The position numbers and the translations under genes were made by a program. Positions 17,119 through 20,000 of a DNA stretch of 20,000 nt are shown here, piece by piece. Under the pieces are notes generated by a model. That model did not search any database. It was not told the origin of the DNA and was given only the letters and a program-made list of their open reading frames with translations. Origin of the DNA: an uncultured virus (IMG/VR IMGVR_UViG_3300025736_000012) (lineage: Duplodnaviria; Heunggongvirae; Uroviricota; Caudoviricetes); IMG/VR virus record IMGVR_UViG_3300025736_000012; one strand, written 5' to 3'. Positions within the stretch are counted from its first letter, which is position 1; each line of letters starts with the position of its first letter.

Positions 17119-17264
17119 CGTTGCAGAGGCTTTGAAGGATTTTCTCACCCTACAGTTGTTTCCTGCTTCCGCCTCACGGCTTCAGCTTCCTCTGCAACGG
17201 TTCGGCCTGGATTGGTGCGATTTCCGGTTCAGGCTAGTTTCCTGTTCTGCACCCGCTCCCAATC
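17119..17264 (-). ncRNA. Candidate two-domain structured leader or sRNA
   Basis: Nested stems GATTGG/CCAATC (17210-17264). An 11-bp stem CGTTGCAGAGG/CCTCTGCAACG (17119-17199) closes three hairpins. Confidence 0.5.
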
Positions 17265-17272
17265 GTGCTACT

Positions 17273-17301
17273 ATAATACCAGGTTGCGAACTGGTTTACA
17301 A
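17273..17301 (-). promoter_or_regulatory. Sigma70/SigA-like promoter
   Basis: TTGTAA-17 bp-TATTAT with an extended -10 TG. The spacer is an imperfect palindrome. Confidence 0.55.
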
Positions 17302-17327
17302 GTGACATTCGTTCTATTTCTAGGGTG

Positions 17328-17570
17328 TCAAATGCAACCTCCCTGTAACCACACACCCGCTTCTAAAATCTCGTCTTCGTACCCGTTTTTTACTGCCCAC
17401 GCCTCTAATTCTGGCCCTGACCAATTATCCCAAACCAATTCATTTGCAGTTTTCCCGGCTTCCCTGTCAAGCTGTGCCACTTGTTCAATTGTACCATCCT
17501 CTAGCCTCTCGTAGAAATCAACTATGTTGCCTCTATCATCAACACTGAAAACAGTTTCAAGGTTGGTCAT
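17328..17570 (-). CDS. Hypothetical acidic protein
   Basis: 80 aa from MTNLET, GGGAGG RBS, ATGA overlap with the upstream gene. Confidence 0.7.
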   Translation of the reverse strand: MTNLETVFSVDDRGNIVDFYERLEDGTIEQVAQLDREAGKTANELVWDNWSGPELEAWAVKNGYEDEILEAGVWLQGGCI

Positions 17571-17785
17571 TGTTCCTCCCTCTCTACCACGCACCACATC
17601 ACGTGGTCAACTGTCTGGCCCATCGTACCCAGCACCGGGGACGCGCCGAGTGTATCAGGTACAACAAACCATCCTTCATCTAAACGATAACTGACTTGTT
17701 TGTCAAATTCATAACGGATATTCGTTATGAATCGTTGGGTGGTTTTCAGTACATCTCGCATCGGGTCAAACTTTTCCTCTGTCAT
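17567..17785 (-). CDS. Small hypothetical protein (weak DUF1737-like pattern)
   Basis: 72 aa, AAGGAG RBS, 'FDKQVSYRLDEGWFVV' segment. Confidence 0.65.
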   Translation of the reverse strand: MTEEKFDPMRDVLKTTQRFITNIRYEFDKQVSYRLDEGWFVVPDTLGASPVLGTMGQTVDHVMWCVVEREEQ

Positions 17786-17786
17786 T

Positions 17787-18158
17787 TCACTCTCCTTTTA
17801 TCGTTATCAGACCAATCTGAACGCACTGCTCCAACACCAGCGCAGGTTCCAACTTCATCTCTGCTGCTATTTTTCGCACCTTCTTTTCATCGTCGGTTAT
17901 TTTTGCGAACAAGTCCCAGGATTCATACAACCGGTAAACCCGCTCAGGCTCAGGGACACTCGCCGGGCCGTGCTTGCCCACCTTGCTTTTGACGAGCTTG
18001 ACCACGTGGGGTAAAACGCGCAACCTGGTACTTTTCTTCTGGCGCTCAACGAGCGGCGTATCGAGAAGATACACGCTCCACTTGCGGGCCAATTCATAGT
18101 TTGATCCCGCTGCCGCTGCGACCTGCTTTATCGTCATCCTTTGTTTGATTTTATCCAT
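17787..18158 (-). CDS. Putative DNA-binding protein
   Basis: 123 aa, basic. N-terminal 'MTIKQVAAAAGSNYELARKW' is HTH-like. Strong GGAGG RBS. Confidence 0.7.
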   Translation of the reverse strand: MDKIKQRMTIKQVAAAAGSNYELARKWSVYLLDTPLVERQKKSTRLRVLPHVVKLVKSKVGKHGPASVPEPERVYRLYESWDLFAKITDDEKKVRKIAAEMKLEPALVLEQCVQIGLITIKGE

Positions 18159-18259
18159 AGTTTTCCCTCCCCTCCTCTCACGGACGGCTCACCTCGTCCA
18201 GTAAGCCGCCCGCGACAGGAGGCAAGCTCCTGTCCCAACACCTTAATCAGATAATGCTG

Positions 18260-18934
18260 TTACTTTTCCTTCTTCTTGGCCTTCATAATCCGCACCTCTA
18301 CTGTCGGCCAGTTGTCCTCTGGTTGGATTCTATCGTCAAGTATGACCGCCCTTCCTGGCGTGATCTGCAGGTTCACTTCTGTGACCAGTAATGGCAGTTC
18401 TGTTTTCCTGGTCTCAATCCCCAAATACTTTTTGACTTGCGTCCCCGTCGTCCAGCCTTGCGCGACGGCGTGGCGGATCGTTTCGACCGGTGTGGGGCTA
18501 TGGTGTAACGCCGTCCAGTACATATCGGGCTTGGCGTCCAGGTTGATACAGTCGGACGGTAGGCCAAACATCTTGGCTAGTTTCGTGACAGTCAGCGCCG
18601 AATAGCCCAGATACCCCGCAATATCTGTCTTTGCGCCGGGGCCCCTGGCGACCGCATCTTTGCTGATACGAATGGCATCGAGGAAAGTGGCGAACCGAGC
18701 TAACTTGTTGCCAGCAGCTTCTTGTTGCAATGCGTCGAGTGTTAGTTCAGGATCGGGCGATGGGGTGAGGCGTTCTAGTTCTGCCCAGAATACCTCTATA
18801 AATTGCATAAATTCGTCTGTGACGTCTGCTGGCTCTTTTTGGGAGAAGGCTACCAGACACTTGGTACTCATCCACTCCCCGAATGCTTGATCTAGCGCCT
18901 TTTTTACATCTTGCTTCCAGTAACTTTTAATCAT
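18260..18934 (-). CDS. Hypothetical protein, possible HTH
   Basis: Likely start at MIKSYW (GAGGG RBS, short overlap with the upstream stop). '[18 protein letters not shown]' is HTH-like. Confidence 0.7.
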   Translation of the reverse strand: MIKSYWKQDVKKALDQAFGEWMSTKCLVAFSQKEPADVTDEFMQFIEVFWAELERLTPSPDPELTLDALQQEAAGNKLARFATFLDAIRISKDAVARGPGAKTDIAGYLGYSALTVTKLAKMFGLPSDCINLDAKPDMYWTALHHSPTPVETIRHAVAQGWTTGTQVKKYLGIETRKTELPLLVTEVNLQITPGRAVILDDRIQPEDNWPTVEVRIMKAKKKEK

Positions 18935-19406
18935 CTTTTCCCTCTTGTATCTTGATCTCAAACTCATTCGCAATCATCTCCCAAAGTTTCCAAAGAGTTG
19001 GAGTAGCGAGTGAGTGGTTATAACAATCTCTCTGCTCATTGAAAATAAGTGACCTGGTAACTCTTGTGTCATTGTAGGGACAACTGCCACCCGCTGCCCA
19101 CGTCTCAAATGTATCTGGTTGAGGATGACTTTCGCGGTTAAACGCCATCATTTGAGCGCATAAGCCATCAGATATTTTACCATTCCAATTTGCTTGGAGA
19201 ATTGAGAGTAAATTGTATGTTGCTCCCCACAGGTCGGCCCCGCTCAGGTTGGCGTAGCGCAGGTTGGCCCCGCGCAGGTTGGCCCCGCGCAGGTTGGCCA
19301 CGCGCAGGTCGACACCACACAAGTTAATTCTACTCAGATCAGCTCCACTCAAATCGGCTCCGCTGAAATCTCTTTGCCCTTTGTTATACTCTTCTTGAAT
19401 GTTCAT
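18927..19406 (-). CDS. Pentapeptide-repeat protein with unique C-terminal domain
   Basis: '[20 protein letters not shown]...[10 protein letters not shown]' repeats, AGGAG RBS. Confidence 0.9.
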   Translation of the reverse strand: MNIQEEYNKGQRDFSGADLSGADLSRINLCGVDLRVANLRGANLRGANLRYANLSGADLWGATYNLLSILQANWNGKISDGLCAQMMAFNRESHPQPDTFETWAAGGSCPYNDTRVTRSLIFNEQRDCYNHSLATPTLWKLWEMIANEFEIKIQEGKDD

Positions 19407-19407
19407 G

Positions 19408-20000
19408 TCACTCCTGGCTCATCTCTATTAACTGTCTCAAAACTGGTTTCCATTTACGCCACCAGTCCAGCGCGCCACGGTCCATTTTCGAGATAGTGCT
19501 ATCGTCGAATCCCCACCACTTCTCGATGGAGTGCTGCACACAGCCTATGGCCATCTCATTCTTGGTCCATGAGACGTGATGTTCTGACAAGATAACAGTC
19601 TTTATCTCGTGCCCATTCCCGATCGTCCACAGTAGTTGGCCTCCTTCTAGGTTCGTCCCGTCCAGGTTGGCCACGCACAGGTTGGCCTCGCTCAAGTTGG
19701 CCCTGCTCAGGTTGGCCCCGCGCAGGTCGGCCCCGCGCAGGTTGGCCCCGCGCAGGTTGGCCCCGCGCAGGTCGGCCCCGCTCAGGTTGGCCCCGCGCAG
19801 GTTGGCCTCGCTCAGGTTGGCCTCGCTCAGGTCGGCCCCGCGCAGGTTGGCCCCGCGCAGGTTGGCCCCGCGCAGGTCGGCCCCGCGCAGGTCGGCCCCG
19901 CGCAGGTTGGCCCCGCGCAGGTCGGCCCCGCTCAGGTTGGCCCCGCGCAGGTTGGCCTCGCTCAGGTTGGCCTCGCTCAAGTTGGCCCTGCTCAGGTTGG
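19408..20000 (-). CDS. Pentapeptide-repeat protein, 5' truncated
   Basis: More than 20 A(N/D)L(R/S)(G/E) repeats, frame open to the window edge. C-terminal '[11 protein letters not shown]...ALDWWRKWK' domain. Confidence 0.92.
   Translation of the reverse strand, partial: NLSRANLSEANLSEANLRGANLSGADLRGANLRGADLRGADLRGANLRGANLRGADLSEANLSEANLRGANLSGADLRGANLRGANLRGADLRGANLSRANLSEANLCVANLDGTNLEGGQLLWTIGNGHEIKTVILSEHHVSWTKNEMAIGCVQHSIEKWWGFDDSTISKMDRGALDWWRKWKPVLRQLIEMSQE
19663..20000. repeat. 15-bp coding tandem repeat (caggttggccccgcg and variants)
   Basis: Directly visible near-perfect 15-mer array encoding the pentapeptides. Confidence 0.95.

Noticed and set aside
17302..17316. LexA-type GAAC-N4-GTTC box near the promoter
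   Set aside because: The second half-site reads GTCA (two mismatches), too weak to support.
1..20000. Genome-wide stop-codon reassignment
   Set aside because: TGA, TAA and TAG all end genes normally, many with ATGA or TAATG coupling, and the long genes are uninterrupted in code 11.
19663..20000. CRISPR array
   Set aside because: Contiguous 15-bp coding repeats with no unique spacers.

Overview
Segment of a tailed dsDNA phage or prophage. The host is inferred to be a monoderm bacterium, possibly Chloroflexota. The + strand (<1-14093) is a late operon: tape measure, Dit-like and Tal/hub-like tail proteins, a 1211-aa tail fibre, small ORFs, two multidomain glycoside-hydrolase lysin candidates and a holin-like protein. 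The - strand (14100->20000) holds small early genes, an XRE-HTH regulator and two pentapeptide-repeat proteins. Main signals: (1) a ~660-nt ORF-poor, densely base-paired RNA locus on the - strand (~15240-15899). It contains a tRNA body whose anticodon loop is replaced by 109 nt that fold into two extra arms flanking a displaced CU-UAU-AA loop. (2) An in-frame UGA in the tape-measure gene at a Cys-like position, followed by a SECIS-like hairpin. (3) Further structured RNA elements between the early genes. All folds were derived by eye and no searches were run.
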